From positions 128,001 through 192,000 of IMG/VR virus record IMGVR_UViG_3300029288_004596: a stretch of 64,000 nt of DNA, one strand, 5' to 3'. This document shows, piece after piece, positions 9,570-21,212 of this stretch. This DNA comes from a virus (lineage: Duplodnaviria; Caudoviricetes). The number at the start of each line of letters is the position of its first letter. Positions within the stretch are counted from its first letter, which is position 1. The position numbers were made by a program, and so were the translations under genes. The notes beneath the pieces were generated by a model that made no database searches, was not told the DNA's origin, and saw only the letters and a list, made by a program, of their open reading frames with translations.

Positions 9570-10568
9570 ATGGAAAGAGTTCTGGCTTCTATTAGGGAAG
9601 TGAGTGACATTGTCCCTATAGAAGGAGCAGATTTTATAGAAGAAGCTATCGTGGGCGGATGGCATGTCATAGTAAAGAAGGGCGAGTTCACCCCTGGGTC
9701 TCAGGGTGTGTTCTTTGAAATAGACAGCGTGTTGGACCCGGAGCTTCCTTGGGTAAAGGAACATGCTTCTTTCATGGAAGCCAGGTCTTGGAGAATTAGG
9801 ACCATGAAGATGAGAGGCGTCCTATCTCAGGGTCTTTTACTTCCTATGGATATACTTCCTGAGGTTCCAGAAAGTACAGACTGTACTGAATTGTTGGGGG
9901 TCAAGAAGTATGAGATTCCTGAGACTGTAGGCGACTTGACCAGCAGATCTGCTGGTCCATTCCCATCTTACATAGTATCTAAGACAGATGAGATAAGAGT
10001 TCAGTCTGTCATGGAAGTCCTAGATGAGCTATGGGGTAAACCTTATTATATCACTGAGAAAGCTGACGGTTCCAGCGCCACTTACCTGATGATAGATGGC
10101 AAGTTCACCGCCTGCTCCAGGAACCTTATGCTTAGAGAAGAGAGCGACTTCTACAGGGTGGGAGTGGAACAGAATATAAAGGGATTTCTGGAAGAGAATC
10201 CCCACCTGGTAGTTCAGGGAGAGTTTATAGGACCAGGAGTGCAGGGTAATAAGTACAAACTTAAGGCCCACAGCCTCAAGGTGTTTAATATCTTTGACAC
10301 TGGTCCAAGGGAGTACCTCCACTACAACTCTATAGTGGACTTCTCCCAGCATTATGGTTTTGATATTGTCAGACTCATGGCTTCAGGAAAATCCTTTGGT
10401 TTTTCTCTGGAAGAACTTTTAGTCATGGCCAAAGGCAAGTACCCTGGCACTAACAATGACATGGAGGGCATAGTGGTCAGGTCCTTGGAGAATATCTATA
10501 GCCCTACCCTTAGGGGTAGGCTTAGCTTTAAGGTCCTTAACAACAATGCCCTGCTTAAGGAGAAGTGA
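9570..10568 (+). CDS. RNA ligase (Rnl2-like, DRB0094-type with N-terminal OB domain)
   Basis: Motif I EKADGSS, CSRN, QGEFIGPGVQGN, EGIVVR, FKVLN; N-terminal I.PIEGAD.IE...R.RT.K.RGVLSQGL. Confidence 0.9.
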   Translation: MERVLASIREVSDIVPIEGADFIEEAIVGGWHVIVKKGEFTPGSQGVFFEIDSVLDPELPWVKEHASFMEARSWRIRTMKMRGVLSQGLLLPMDILPEVPESTDCTELLGVKKYEIPETVGDLTSRSAGPFPSYIVSKTDEIRVQSVMEVLDELWGKPYYITEKADGSSATYLMIDGKFTACSRNLMLREESDFYRVGVEQNIKGFLEENPHLVVQGEFIGPGVQGNKYKLKAHSLKVFNIFDTGPREYLHYNSIVDFSQHYGFDIVRLMASGKSFGFSLEELLVMAKGKYPGTNNDMEGIVVRSLENIYSPTLRGRLSFKVLNNNALLKEK

Positions 10569-10569
10569 G

Positions 10570-10986
10570 ATGATTAACTTGGAATCCTTCACTCTTAGAT
10601 TAAATAAACAGTTTTGTTCTGTGTGTTATGGCAACCTGTGGTCTGCGACCCTTAAGGCGGTAGACAACTCTTGTATAGAGGTCACTCTCAGATCTGAGGG
10701 GAAGACTTTTACCGAGAATGTGGCGCTGAGTTCCTGCCTTAACCCTGAAGATAACTCTGTAGACTTCCCTAAGCTTCTCAGGGAAGTGTTCAAGAGTCTT
10801 TATTTATCCATTGACCTCAGGTTAGGGGAGTTTGTGGAGCTGATATGTTCCACTCCTATAGTTAAGGCTAAGGTTGGGGATGAACCTGACGAGGCGGTTG
10901 TCGCTGTCAAGAATAGGTATGATCTTAAGTGCCTTAGAGAAGGCTTGAAGACTTTGTATGAGGATGTCAAGAAGGAGTATTCATAA
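10570..10986 (+). CDS. Hypothetical protein
   Basis: ORF after ligase; GGAG RBS. Confidence 0.55.
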   Translation: MINLESFTLRLNKQFCSVCYGNLWSATLKAVDNSCIEVTLRSEGKTFTENVALSSCLNPEDNSVDFPKLLREVFKSLYLSIDLRLGEFVELICSTPIVKAKVGDEPDEAVVAVKNRYDLKCLREGLKTLYEDVKKEYS

Positions 10987-11163
10987 TGAGAACTTATTTG
11001 GAAACTGGCAAGAATCATGCTATCCTTGTAGAGTCTGATGCTCCTAAAGAGTCTATGACTAAGGAGAAGATAATAGAGTCCTTGGAAAAAGAGGGGATAG
11101 GTATTGTTGTAGGGTCGGATCCTAAGCAGAATAAGAGGACAGTTGTTAGACCAAGGAGGTAAT

Positions 11164-11703
11164 ATGGAAAGGATTATAGTAAGCAGAAACCCTGAGATTA
11201 TAAAGTTTATTCGTTCTAAGATAGGTTATCAAGTTCCTGTGCTGCCTCTGGCTACCACCAAGGAACTAGAAGGCAAGATAGTCTATGGCAATGTGCCTAT
11301 GCACTTGGCCAAGAAGGCTGCCAAGGTGGTGGTTATAGAGTGCGGCAATGGCAGGATAGTGAGTTCAGACTGGACCTGCGAGGACATGATAGCCGCAGAG
11401 GCTGACTTTAAAGAGTATGTAGTGTGCAACGCTCCTGGGGAGGTGGATGGGTTCATGGATGTGGATGTAGACTGTGACTGTTTTGGGCACAAACTAAGTC
11501 TATCCTATGACAACACCCCTCCTTACCAGACCCTTAGCATCTCTGTTTTTTCCAGAGGATACAGGTGTGGCTTGTCTTTCTGGGAGAAGATAGTTGGCAC
11601 ATGGAGACTGCTTAGAGGAGAGTGGGTCAGGCAGTGGGATGTTGTCCTGTCTGTGGAGGAAATCAAAAGGCTCAAGGAGTACTTTGATTCTATAGAGGCA
11701 TGA
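11164..11703 (+). CDS. Hypothetical protein with Csx16-like N-terminal domain
   Basis: IIVSRN...GKIVYGNVPMHLA...VVVIE...T.EDM resembles the Csx16/VVA1548 pattern; AGGAGG RBS. Confidence 0.45.
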   Translation: MERIIVSRNPEIIKFIRSKIGYQVPVLPLATTKELEGKIVYGNVPMHLAKKAAKVVVIECGNGRIVSSDWTCEDMIAAEADFKEYVVCNAPGEVDGFMDVDVDCDCFGHKLSLSYDNTPPYQTLSISVFSRGYRCGLSFWEKIVGTWRLLRGEWVRQWDVVLSVEEIKRLKEYFDSIEA

Positions 11704-14700
11704 AAATAGAAGAGACTTCTACATTTGCTAGAGGAGACTATAGAGTGAGGGGAGAGTTGATAGATGTGTATGATGACGCAGACATCTTATGCGATGGCGC
11801 CTCCACAGAGGTCGTCACTATTATATCCTATCATCCTAGGGAGAATGTCCTGAGATATGCTGGGGTTATTCTCCCTATAGATCCTATGAGGACGGCTGAA
11901 ACTATAAGGACTTACTGGGACACATACCCGCTGGAATCTTCCGTGGATTTCTCTGTGTCTTCCCACTTCTGTTCCTTTCTGCGAAGGGAAGCTGGCCAAG
12001 TCCTGAAAGATTGGATGATATCTAGGGGATATGTAGAAGAGTCTAGACATTCTTGGATTCTAGGAGACTTTGAGGAATGAAGATAGAAGAGACCCACACA
12101 TATATCAGAGGAGACACCTATGTCAAGGCAGCCCTGGTTGAATTCTACGCTGACGCTGATATTTTATGTGATGGTCCATATTCTGACACTATCACTATTC
12201 TTTCGTACCATTCTCAGGATAATGCCTTGAGGTATGCGGCATTCTTTATCCCTGGCATTACTAGCCGCGTCTCTGAGGCTTTGAAGAGTTATTGTTCAGT
12301 GGTTCCCTTGGAGTTGTCCATGGACTTTAATGATATTCCTCACTTGTGTTCTTTTCTGGCGGGAGCTCCTGGCGAGGTCCTGAAGGAGTGGATGACGGTT
12401 AGAGGATACTCTAAGAAAGAGAATGGATCTTGGGTTCTGGAGGATCTGGAAGAATGAAGATAGAGAACTCTATAACATTTGCTGATGCTCCTGACCCTGT
12501 AAGGGTGGCTCTTTTACAGCTGTATGAGGACGCTGATATTCTATGTGAGACGGTCGCTTCCTGTTGTCTTTATCTTCTCTCTTATCATCCTCAGGAGGAT
12601 GTCTTAAGATTTGTAGCTGTCAAGGTAGAGGGTTATCATCAGCATCAGACTCGCGCTCTTGTCGAGAGATACTGGCATACTTATACTCTGGATCCTGTTA
12701 TGGATTTCACCAAGGCTGTTTATCTGAACTCATTCCTCAGGAATGAGAGACACAGAGGCGTCTTAGGAAACTGGCTGGAATCTAGGGGATACTATTCTTG
12801 CGGGGAACTTGCTTGGTCCCTAGGAGAGATAGAAGAATGAAAATAGAGGACACGAGAACCTTTGCTGAGGCGGAGGAATCCACCAAGGTGTCCCTTTTAG
12901 AAGCGTACTCTGATGCGGATATCCTTTTCGATATTCCTCAACCCTCATCCCTTCTTGTGTTGTCCTATCATCCTCAAGAGAATGTTCTCAGATATACCGG
13001 AATCATTCTTACAGACAAGGCTAAGCGCTGCGTCCATGAGGCTATCAGGGAATACTGGGATACCTTTCCCTTGGATTTCACAGTCGACTTCTCAAGTCCC
13101 CATTGGTTTCTTGCATTCTTGAGAGAGGGAGGAGACGCCCCTTTGAGCTCCTTTATGTTCTCAAAGGGTTATACTCTTCAGACAGGACACATCTGGCAGC
13201 TGGGGGACCTGGAAGAATGAAGATAGAAGATTCTGACGCCTATGCTATGGTGAGGACAGCAGTGCAGACGGCCCTGTCAAGATTGTATGCTGGCGCAGAT
13301 GTCCTTTCTTTCGTGGCGTCTGCCAACTGCGTTTACATTTTATCCTATCATCCCTTAGAGAACGTCTTAAGGAATGTGGCGGTGTGGATTCCCAGCGATT
13401 ATAGGTCTAGTATACATGAGCTTATAGAGACTTTCTGGGATACCTTTTCTCTGGGAGTTACTGTGGATTTCTCTGGAGATCATCGCTTTCATCTTAGCAA
13501 CTCTAGTCAGCTGGTTCTGGATAGTTGGATGATGTCCCGGGGGTATAGCAGGGAAACCAATGATGTTTGGGTGTTAAGGGACTTAGAAGAATGAACATAA
13601 TAAACTGCAATTCTATGTTAACCTCTGTCCCTCTTGTTATTAGAGAGGTCATACACAACATATATTCTGACGCCAGTATCATATGGGATCACTCCTTTGT
13701 GTTAAAGGATTCCTCCGGAACAGATAAGTTTGCTTTGGATATCTTTGCTTATCTACCTGACGGCAGGTTTGTTTACAGATACACTGAGCTGGATCCCACT
13801 ATGTCCAGAGGAGAACTTAGCTATGATATAGTTAACCACTGGACCGCTAGGAAAAACGAAGATGATGCTGTTGGATACGTCAAGGGTCTTGAGCATAATG
13901 GTTGGTTTCCTCAGAAGGTGATGTCCATGGCAGCATGGCTTGAAAATAAACATTTGGAAGGAAATTATGAAGAGTAATATACAGGATTCTCCAATCGCCA
14001 GAATAGGTAGTTATGGACTTTCTATATCTACTATATACAGGGACATGGAAGTAGTGTGGGACTTCTCCAATGAGGAGTATGTAGATCTCATGATCTATGA
14101 TCCCAAGGATAAGGTGTTCAAGTACAGGTGTACTGAGATAGAAGAGGACTGGTCTCCCCATGATATAGAGCAGGACCTCAAGGCTCACAGCGATGTGTTG
14201 ACCTCTATACCAGAGGTAGTCAATTACTGCGGATATCGTAGGGGGCAGGAACATGTTCAGGCCCTAAAGACTTGGTTAAAGGACAATGACTATACCTTTG
14301 ATGGATTGAGATGGAAGAAGAGCTTTGACCCTTCGGAGAACTATGAGGAATGACAAAGGCTGAGTGGGCAGAGTACTATAGCTCAGGCAACCTTGTATAC
14401 CCCGAACTTGTGGAACCGTTGTCTGAGGCTTTGGATGGGTATGACCTGATATATGAGAACTCATGTGTCCAGATGGAGTTTCCTGAGTGGACTAAGATAG
14501 AGGTCCTGGCTTATAACCCAATGCTTTCTAGGTTTATTCTCATATATCAGAGCGCTGGAGTCCAGATGGATATGGAAGATCCCGTAGCTCTAGTAGCTAA
14601 CGCTTCCACTTATTATTTTTCTCTGGAAGAAATCCTATCTGAGACGGACTATGAAGATACCTCTATTGCGGCTCTCCTCTTATGGGTAGGCAAGTCAGAT

Positions 14701-17432
14701 ATCAGATTTCTAGGGGATACCTATATTAAAGGTGGGTATGAAGAATGAAAGTAGAGGAGTCTCTGGTCTCTAAGCTTGGGACTACAGGGAAGAAGGTAGT
14801 CCAATTCTTTAGTGGTTTGGAGGTAGTCTTTGACTACTCAGCTAAAGATGAAGAAGGTGTCATGCTAGACTTTATATTGTACTCTCCTGTGACCAGAAAG
14901 TTTTCCTCCTTCTATGGAATGATAGGACATGATAAAGATGTCATTGTGGCTCTTGAGTATGATACTCAAGTTGTAGATGGACATAGACTGGCTGCCTGGT
15001 CCAGGGGCATGTCTCCCAGATATATTGACTCTGTAGATTCCTGGTTCCAGGCTAATGGTTACTCCATGGATGGAACAGAACTTCCTCTAGAGGGGGATTA
15101 TGAAGAGTGAACATAGAAGATTCTGTAGTTTCTACTCTTGGGGACATGGGGAGACAGGTAGCCGAGTACTATAGAGGTTCAACTGTAGTCTTTGACTTTT
15201 CACACTCAACTAATGATGGCATACTGGTAGATCTTATAGTGTGCTATCCTAACCCCAAAAGGTTTTGTTCCTGCTATACCAACTTGGATGCTGACAGGGA
15301 TGTAGCTGAAGAACTTGAGGAGGAGAACCTATCTATACAGGATACTGAGGAGTTAGCCGCTTATGGGGCTGGCATGTCTTTCAGTTATTCAAAGGCTGTG
15401 ACTTCTTGGTTGACTAGCCATGGTTACTATAGAGATGGAACTGAAGTAGCGCTGGAAGGGAACTACGAAGAATGAAAGTTGAAGAAGGTCCTGTGGCTGA
15501 ACTGGGTAGACTGGGAATAGCCATGGAACAGATGTATAAGGGCTTTGACGCTGTGTGGGACTTCTCCCGCGTTAAGGATGGGAGTTATCTCCTGGATATT
15601 CTTATTTATGATCATCTGCTGGACAATTTTATGTATAGGTTTGTGTTCCTGGATCCCTTCCGTTCTATTCAGTCTTATAAAGACATCTTTCAGACTTACA
15701 AGGATACACTTGATAGCCCCGAGGAACTTATAAAATACATCCGCCACTTTTCCGACTATGTAACTGAGGGTCCCAAGTATGAAGCCAAGCTAAAGGAGTG
15801 GTTCAAAGGCAGAGGGCTTCTCTATGATGGGGATAGTGTGGTTCCTCTCCTTGACCCCAAAGATAACTATGAGGAATGACTATGGAAATACATGACTCTC
15901 CCGCAGGCAAGTTTACTGGCAGGTTAGGTAGACATATAGTAGACCTCTATGATGGTCAGGATGTAGTCTGGGATTTCTCTTATGATGACGGCAAAGATAT
16001 AACTGAACTGGACTTTGTAGTATACTGTTCCTATACGGATGTATTCACCCATGTGTATTCCACCTTTGACTGGGACACTCATGATATTGAGGAAGAGCTT
16101 AGGGAAGTTCAGCATACTGTGGCAGGAGTCCATGAGTTTGTGGATGAGATTACTGAGTATACACTTAATTATGTGTTCTCCCAGGATCATCTGAATGCCC
16201 TCTATGATTGGCTATCTAACCATGGATATATGCTAGTAAACAGCAAGTGGGTTAAACCTTTAGAGGGAGACTATGAAGAATGAATATTAAAGATAGCCCT
16301 ATAGCTAAGTTGGGTACTACTGGAGCTAATGTAGCTAATTATTATAAGGACATGGATGTGGTGTGGGACTTCTCCAGGGAAACAGATGCTGGAAATGTCG
16401 CTATTGATCTTATGGTGAATAACCCTGTCACTGGAGTTTCCCTGTTCAGACGCAACACTCTTAGCAAAGACCTTTCCTACAATAGGCTAGTTAGCAATTT
16501 ACAGGTTTATAGTTCTGTGCTGAAGACTATAGGAGATCTCCAAGTTTATGTTAGCACAATGGATCAGGTATATAAGAATGCTTTTAGGGACTGGATGGTT
16601 GCGTCTGGTCATGTGCATACAAAGAATGGGTGGGTAAAACTCTTGCAGGGGAACTACGAAGAGTGAATATTAAAGACTGTCCTATAGCGACGCTAGGGAG
16701 CTTTGGTAGGAACGTAGCTAAGTGCTATGAGAATATGAATGTAGTCTGGGACAACTCCAATCTTGAGCTTAGCGGGCAAGTGCTCCTTGACCTCATGGTC
16801 TTTGATCCTGACACAGGGCGTTTCTTACATAGGCTTAATACTTTTGATTATAATCTTCCTTACAAGGAAGTGGCTTATACCCTCAGGACCTATAGTTCTG
16901 TCATGAAGGACCTAGAGGATCTCCTTCGCTATGTTGATCTCAGGAGTTCAGCAGACAAGAAGAATGTCAAGGGATGGCTTACTGCCAATGGTTATGTGTA
17001 CACTGGTAAGGAATGGATTAAGTGCTTGCAAGGAGACTATGAGGAATGAACATAAAAGATAGTCCTATAGCTAAGCTGGGTATCTTTGGAAGCAATGTGG
17101 CCTTCATATATAAGGACATGGATGTAGTCTGGGATTTCTCGGAAAAGTATGATAATAACAATGTAACCCTTGACCTTATGGTTTGTACTCCTCACACTGG
17201 AACCTTTGTTCATAGACGCAGCACTTTTAGAATAAACCTTCCTTATGAGGCGGTGGCTCATGATCTTCAAGTGAATAGTTCTGTGAAAGATAGCGTAGAC
17301 GAACTCCTGTCTTATGCTGACAGAATTGACTCTGTGCACATGAATGTTGTTAAGAACTGGCTGCTCGTGTCTGGTTACATGCAAACTAAAGAAGGATGGG
17401 TTAGACTCCTAGATGGAAATTATGAAGAATGA
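11700..17432 (+). repeat. Tandem paralog array A, block 2 (15 CDS, ~120-135 aa, ..EE tail)
   Basis: CDS 11700-12080, 12077-12457, 12454-12840, 12837-13220, 13217-13594, 13591-13977, 13967-14353, 14350-14748, 14745-15110, 15107-15475, 15472-15879, 15876-16283, 16280-16666, 16663-17049, 17046-17432; shared M.I[EK][DE]..Y..AD[IV]/VVWDFS...Y.P...W...GY; all end hydrophobic-EE. Confidence 0.9.
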
Positions 17433-17614
17433 ACATAAAATTAACTGATAAACAATCTGAACTGCTATTGTCCCTGGTCTATAACTCTTATAAGTTTACC
17501 AAGGACCCCGACTGCGCCAGGTCTCTGGAGACTCTGTATGATTCCCTTAAGGATCAGGTGAGCCCTGAAGGGTCTTCTTGTCTGGGGATGCTAAGACATC
17601 TGTTTGAGGTGTAG
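17429..17614 (+). CDS. Hypothetical protein
   Basis: 61-aa coupled ORF. Confidence 0.5.
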   Translation: MNIKLTDKQSELLLSLVYNSYKFTKDPDCARSLETLYDSLKDQVSPEGSSCLGMLRHLFEV

Positions 17615-17616
17615 AC

Positions 17617-17802
17617 ATGGACTATTGTGTATGGGAACAGTTCTCTGAACCAGTCACTAATGAGGGACATATAGGATATGCTCCCTCCTGTATGGCTCCA
17701 GTGATGGTGCTGCCAGAGGAGGATATAGCTGAGATATGCCCCCACTGTGATAAGCAGATACTCAGGAGGAAACATGTGCCTGACCATAGAGAACGCTCCT
17801 GA
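17617..17802 (+). CDS. Small Cys-rich (Zn-ribbon-like) protein
   Basis: C.W...PSC...CPHC; GAGGTG RBS. Confidence 0.5.
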   Translation: MDYCVWEQFSEPVTNEGHIGYAPSCMAPVMVLPEEDIAEICPHCDKQILRRKHVPDHRERS

Positions 17803-18838
17803 CTATGTCATGGAGCAAGTCCAGGATATCTTTAAGGACTGTGAGATAATAGTCAACAAGTCGCATGTCTGCGGTCTGACTATTGTGGTAAATATTCTAG
17901 GTTTTGAGGCTCCTAGCACCTTTAAGTTGCTATACCATTGCTTTTCTGAGCCGCAGACCCTTTATAAATGCCTGAGAGTTTATAGTTCCACTATAGAACT
18001 TGTCGACGCTGTCTTTGATTTCCAGGGGAATGATGAACTTGAAGGTTTTGTCAAGTGGCTAGCTACTAGGGGTGATTATGAGAGTTGAAGAGTCTAAGTG
18101 TTATAGTTTGTTTTCTAAGGAAGCCCAGAAGGCTTTATCCTCTAAGTATGCTGGGGCTGACATTATTTTGGATCTATCTATGGAATGCTCTTCCAGGGAA
18201 CGAAAACTTACTACGTTCTCCTATCACCCACAAAACGATATGGTAAGATTTGTTGGGGTCTATCTGTACTATAATGCAAGTCCAGAGCATGTGGAGAGCA
18301 CCATAGACCAATATGGGAAATCATTTAGGTTAGGATTGAATCCTTGTCTAAGGGATATAATGCACCACCCTTTTATTTGTGAGGAGCCAGTACAGACTGT
18401 ACTGGATTCCTGGATGATGTCCAAAGGATACCTTCCTACAGGATATTTTGAGTGGGTCCTGTCTGAAGACTTAGAGGAGTAGCCATGAGTCTTAAAAGTT
18501 GTCCTGAGCTATACAATCAGATCTACCCCCTCATTGGCTACGAAGTCATATGGGATGACAGCTGTGGCAGCGACAGAAAACTCTTTACCGATATGTTGAT
18601 GTATAATATTGTGACTCGCAAGTTTGTTCACTGTGATAAGAGTTTTCATCAGCCCACTCCTGAGGTTTTTAGAGCTGAGTTCTTCTTCCACTTGAAGGTT
18701 TATGATTTCCCGGAAGAAGTCTTGTATTTCCTGGGACCCACGCACACTAAAGTCCTTAAATCTTGGCTTGTATCCAATGGCTGGAAGAAGAGAAGGTGGG
18801 GCAAGTGGCGTCCCCCAAAGATAAGTTATGAGGAGTAA
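17774..18838 (+). repeat. Tandem paralog array A, block 3 (3 CDS)
   Basis: CDS 17774-18088 (ends GDYES), 18078-18482 (SYHPQND, ends EDLEE), 18485-18838 (VIWDDS, ends SYEE). Confidence 0.8.
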
Positions 18839-18841
18839 CTC

Positions 18842-19075
18842 ATGGGAATGTTTGATACTGTAGTGTTTGAGTGCCCCAGCTGTGGGTACAGGATAGAAGA
18901 ACAGTCTAAGGCTGGGGACTGCATGCTTGAAGTATACAGGCCAGACTCCGTGCCTATGGATGTGGCTGCCAGCATGTTTGGGGAGACCCTGAGATGTGAT
19001 AAGTGCCATAAGACTTTTATGGTAGTCCCAACTCATAAGTTCTGGTGCTCTGTGGGGCTAATTCCCAAGGATTAG
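18842..19075 (+). CDS. Zn-ribbon protein
   Basis: MGMFD.V..ECPSCG...QSK.GDC...CDKC. Confidence 0.65.
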   Translation: MGMFDTVVFECPSCGYRIEEQSKAGDCMLEVYRPDSVPMDVAASMFGETLRCDKCHKTFMVVPTHKFWCSVGLIPKD

Positions 19076-19084
19076 GGTTGTTTA

Positions 19085-19093
19085 TGTTATAAT
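19085..19093 (+). promoter_or_regulatory. Extended -10 promoter element (TGnTATAAT)
   Basis: TGTTATAAT in the intergenic gap upstream of 19109. Confidence 0.55.
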
Positions 19094-19108
19094 TGTACTG
19101 GGGGATAT

Positions 19109-19654
19109 ATGAGTCTGATACCAATAGTTTTCCTGCCTTTGATGTTGACGTCTATAACCTACTTGGTTATTTACCTCACAGATAGGGATATGTTTACGCT
19201 TCACATCAGGGCTAACCTTTCTTTAGCTCTTTGCATATCTTTGGGAATGGTTGCTATCTACACTCTTTATGATGTGACTAAGACTCCAGACTCTGAACCT
19301 ACAGTCAAGGTTATTCATGGTAAGAAGATTTATATGTGTCTGGACACTGTTCAGGATGGCAGGAGACTTATCCTTTATGGAGTGAAGGGTAAGGATATAG
19401 AGATAGACTTGTCTAAGGGGTATGCTCTGATAGAATATATCCCTGAGAAGAGTCCTGATAGTTCTACTGTGTTTTCCAGGTTCAATAAGAGAAGGGGATA
19501 TGTGGTCTTGTTGCCCTGTTCCATCCTAGTCTCTATTTTCCCGATAGCTATCGCTATAAATGAACACAGGGTAGATCGGCATCATAGGATGAGGGAGAAA
19601 CTCAGAGAGTTCCCTGAGTTATACATGTATCCTAAAGGAGACTATGAGAAATGA
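19109..19654 (+). CDS. Membrane protein
   Basis: Three hydrophobic segments; tail GDYEK. Confidence 0.6.
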   Translation: MSLIPIVFLPLMLTSITYLVIYLTDRDMFTLHIRANLSLALCISLGMVAIYTLYDVTKTPDSEPTVKVIHGKKIYMCLDTVQDGRRLILYGVKGKDIEIDLSKGYALIEYIPEKSPDSSTVFSRFNKRRGYVVLLPCSILVSIFPIAIAINEHRVDRHHRMREKLREFPELYMYPKGDYEK

Positions 19655-20012
19655 GGAGATGGCATTGACAAAAGTAGATTCTATCAGAATCTTCGTAGAG
19701 TTGCTAGCCTCTATGGCTGGCTCTGAGTATCAGTCCCGCAAGTTTGACTGGGACTTTAATATGGCTGAGGAGACCTATCATACTGAGTCCGTGAATATCC
19801 AGGTAGATAGTAATATCAGACTCTTTATGTGCAAGACTACACCTTCTCCAGTAAAAGGACAGGAGTATATCTATGGCTTCAGGATACTGAAGTGGCCCTC
19901 CTTCCTTAGCTGGAGATTCTATGATACTGGCTTTGTGCCTTTACCTATGCCTATGTTTGAACTGGCTGATCAAGTCTGGAGTATGGCCTGTGGAAAAGAT
20001 ATCAGCGTTTAG
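19644..20012 (+). CDS. Hypothetical protein
   Basis: Coupled ORF. Confidence 0.55.
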   Translation: MRNEEMALTKVDSIRIFVELLASMAGSEYQSRKFDWDFNMAEETYHTESVNIQVDSNIRLFMCKTTPSPVKGQEYIYGFRILKWPSFLSWRFYDTGFVPLPMPMFELADQVWSMACGKDISV

Positions 20013-20406
20013 TTTCGCTAACCTAATAGATAAATATGGACATGCTGAGGTTACAGTGGACCCAGCTTATGCTAGTACAGCCTGTACTACTCCCATAGAG
20101 AATCCAAACCTGGGGTTGTGCAGGGTAGACTATTCATCCTTTGGTCCAGTGGGCAGAGTGGCGGTTATATTTACTCTGGATCTTTATCCTGTGAATCATG
20201 ATATAGACTATGATTTTAGGCTTGCTACAGACCAGGAGCAGATCTTTGGAGTAGACAGGAAAGCTGCTGAGATATATGTCTTGGATACCGAGGAGAATAT
20301 CCTTATAACTCTTAGGCTTTGCAGGTTGTCAAAGGCTAGACTCAGATTCCCTATGTTCGGGGTCATAGATGAGGACTACGCTTCTCTAGGGGCGACTAAC
20401 CAGTGA
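19921..20406 (+). CDS. Hypothetical protein (true start probably near 19990)
   Basis: ORF track; N-terminal part overlaps previous gene. Confidence 0.5.
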   Translation: MILALCLYLCLCLNWLIKSGVWPVEKISAFSFANLIDKYGHAEVTVDPAYASTACTTPIENPNLGLCRVDYSSFGPVGRVAVIFTLDLYPVNHDIDYDFRLATDQEQIFGVDRKAAEIYVLDTEENILITLRLCRLSKARLRFPMFGVIDEDYASLGATNQ

Positions 20407-20630
20407 AAGTGTACCTGTTAGTTTCAGAGGATGACTATAACACAGAGTACAGAGTATTCTTGGACCCTAAGAAGGCTAGGGAAATCTTTATTAGTAAGGT
20501 GGAAGAGATGGGCTTTACCACTGAGATTACTAGTGAAGAGTCTGGAGAACTGTATTTTGATTGTGAGTGGGGACACTATAGTCTCACTCCTGTAACCGTA
20601 GAAGATATTGATGAGGACCTAGAGTCTTGA
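20403..20630 (+). CDS. Small acidic phage protein
   Basis: MKVYLLV..D.....VF....KA pattern; tail EDLES. Confidence 0.6.
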   Translation: MKVYLLVSEDDYNTEYRVFLDPKKAREIFISKVEEMGFTTEITSEESGELYFDCEWGHYSLTPVTVEDIDEDLES

Positions 20631-20711
20631 AGATATGCAAGGACTGCAAAGGAAGACCGTATGGAATAGGAAACCCTTACTGGTGCAAGGGGTGCCAGAG
20701 GAAGGATACTA

Positions 20712-21212
20712 ATGGAAAAGATGTTGAAGTACATGATAGTGATACTCGTCATAATGATAATACTGGCAGGGATAGCGGACAAACTTACAAGCATGTCTGA
20801 CAAGTTCTCCTATATCCTCACTGTTAACGACTCCTTAATTAAGTTTGAAAAAGACGAGTGCGGTTATGTCATCTGGGTGAATGGGGAGAAGTTTGTAAAC
20901 CCCAAAGAATCTAAGGACTTGAAGGTCAAAGATGTTATAGTGACTCTTCTTCCTAATAGCATTCTGGAAGTGACTTATGAGAAGCGCTTTATAGATATCA
21001 TGCCGCTCCAGAAGGGCGAGAAGAAATTTAAGACTAACAGGATGTTAGGGGATATTCCTTACAGGACTACGGAGTTTGAGTTTGATGAGCCTACCAGAGA
21101 CTATTTATTCTACTCTTCCAACTTCTGCGTCTGGGCTACAGTTCCAGTTAAGGAAGTGGAGATGCCAGAGGTTTTCAGGGAAGCTCTTCTAACATTTGAG
21201 GAAAGGTCATGA
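20712..21212 (+). CDS. Membrane-anchored hypothetical protein
   Basis: N-terminal hydrophobic helix. Confidence 0.55.
   Translation: MEKMLKYMIVILVIMIILAGIADKLTSMSDKFSYILTVNDSLIKFEKDECGYVIWVNGEKFVNPKESKDLKVKDVIVTLLPNSILEVTYEKRFIDIMPLQKGEKKFKTNRMLGDIPYRTTEFEFDEPTRDYLFYSSNFCVWATVPVKEVEMPEVFREALLTFEERS

Noticed and set aside
20627-20800. Small CxxC..CxxC ORF (LKICKDCKG...WCKGC)
   Set aside because: TTG start and a long overlap with 20712..21212; plausible but not supportable
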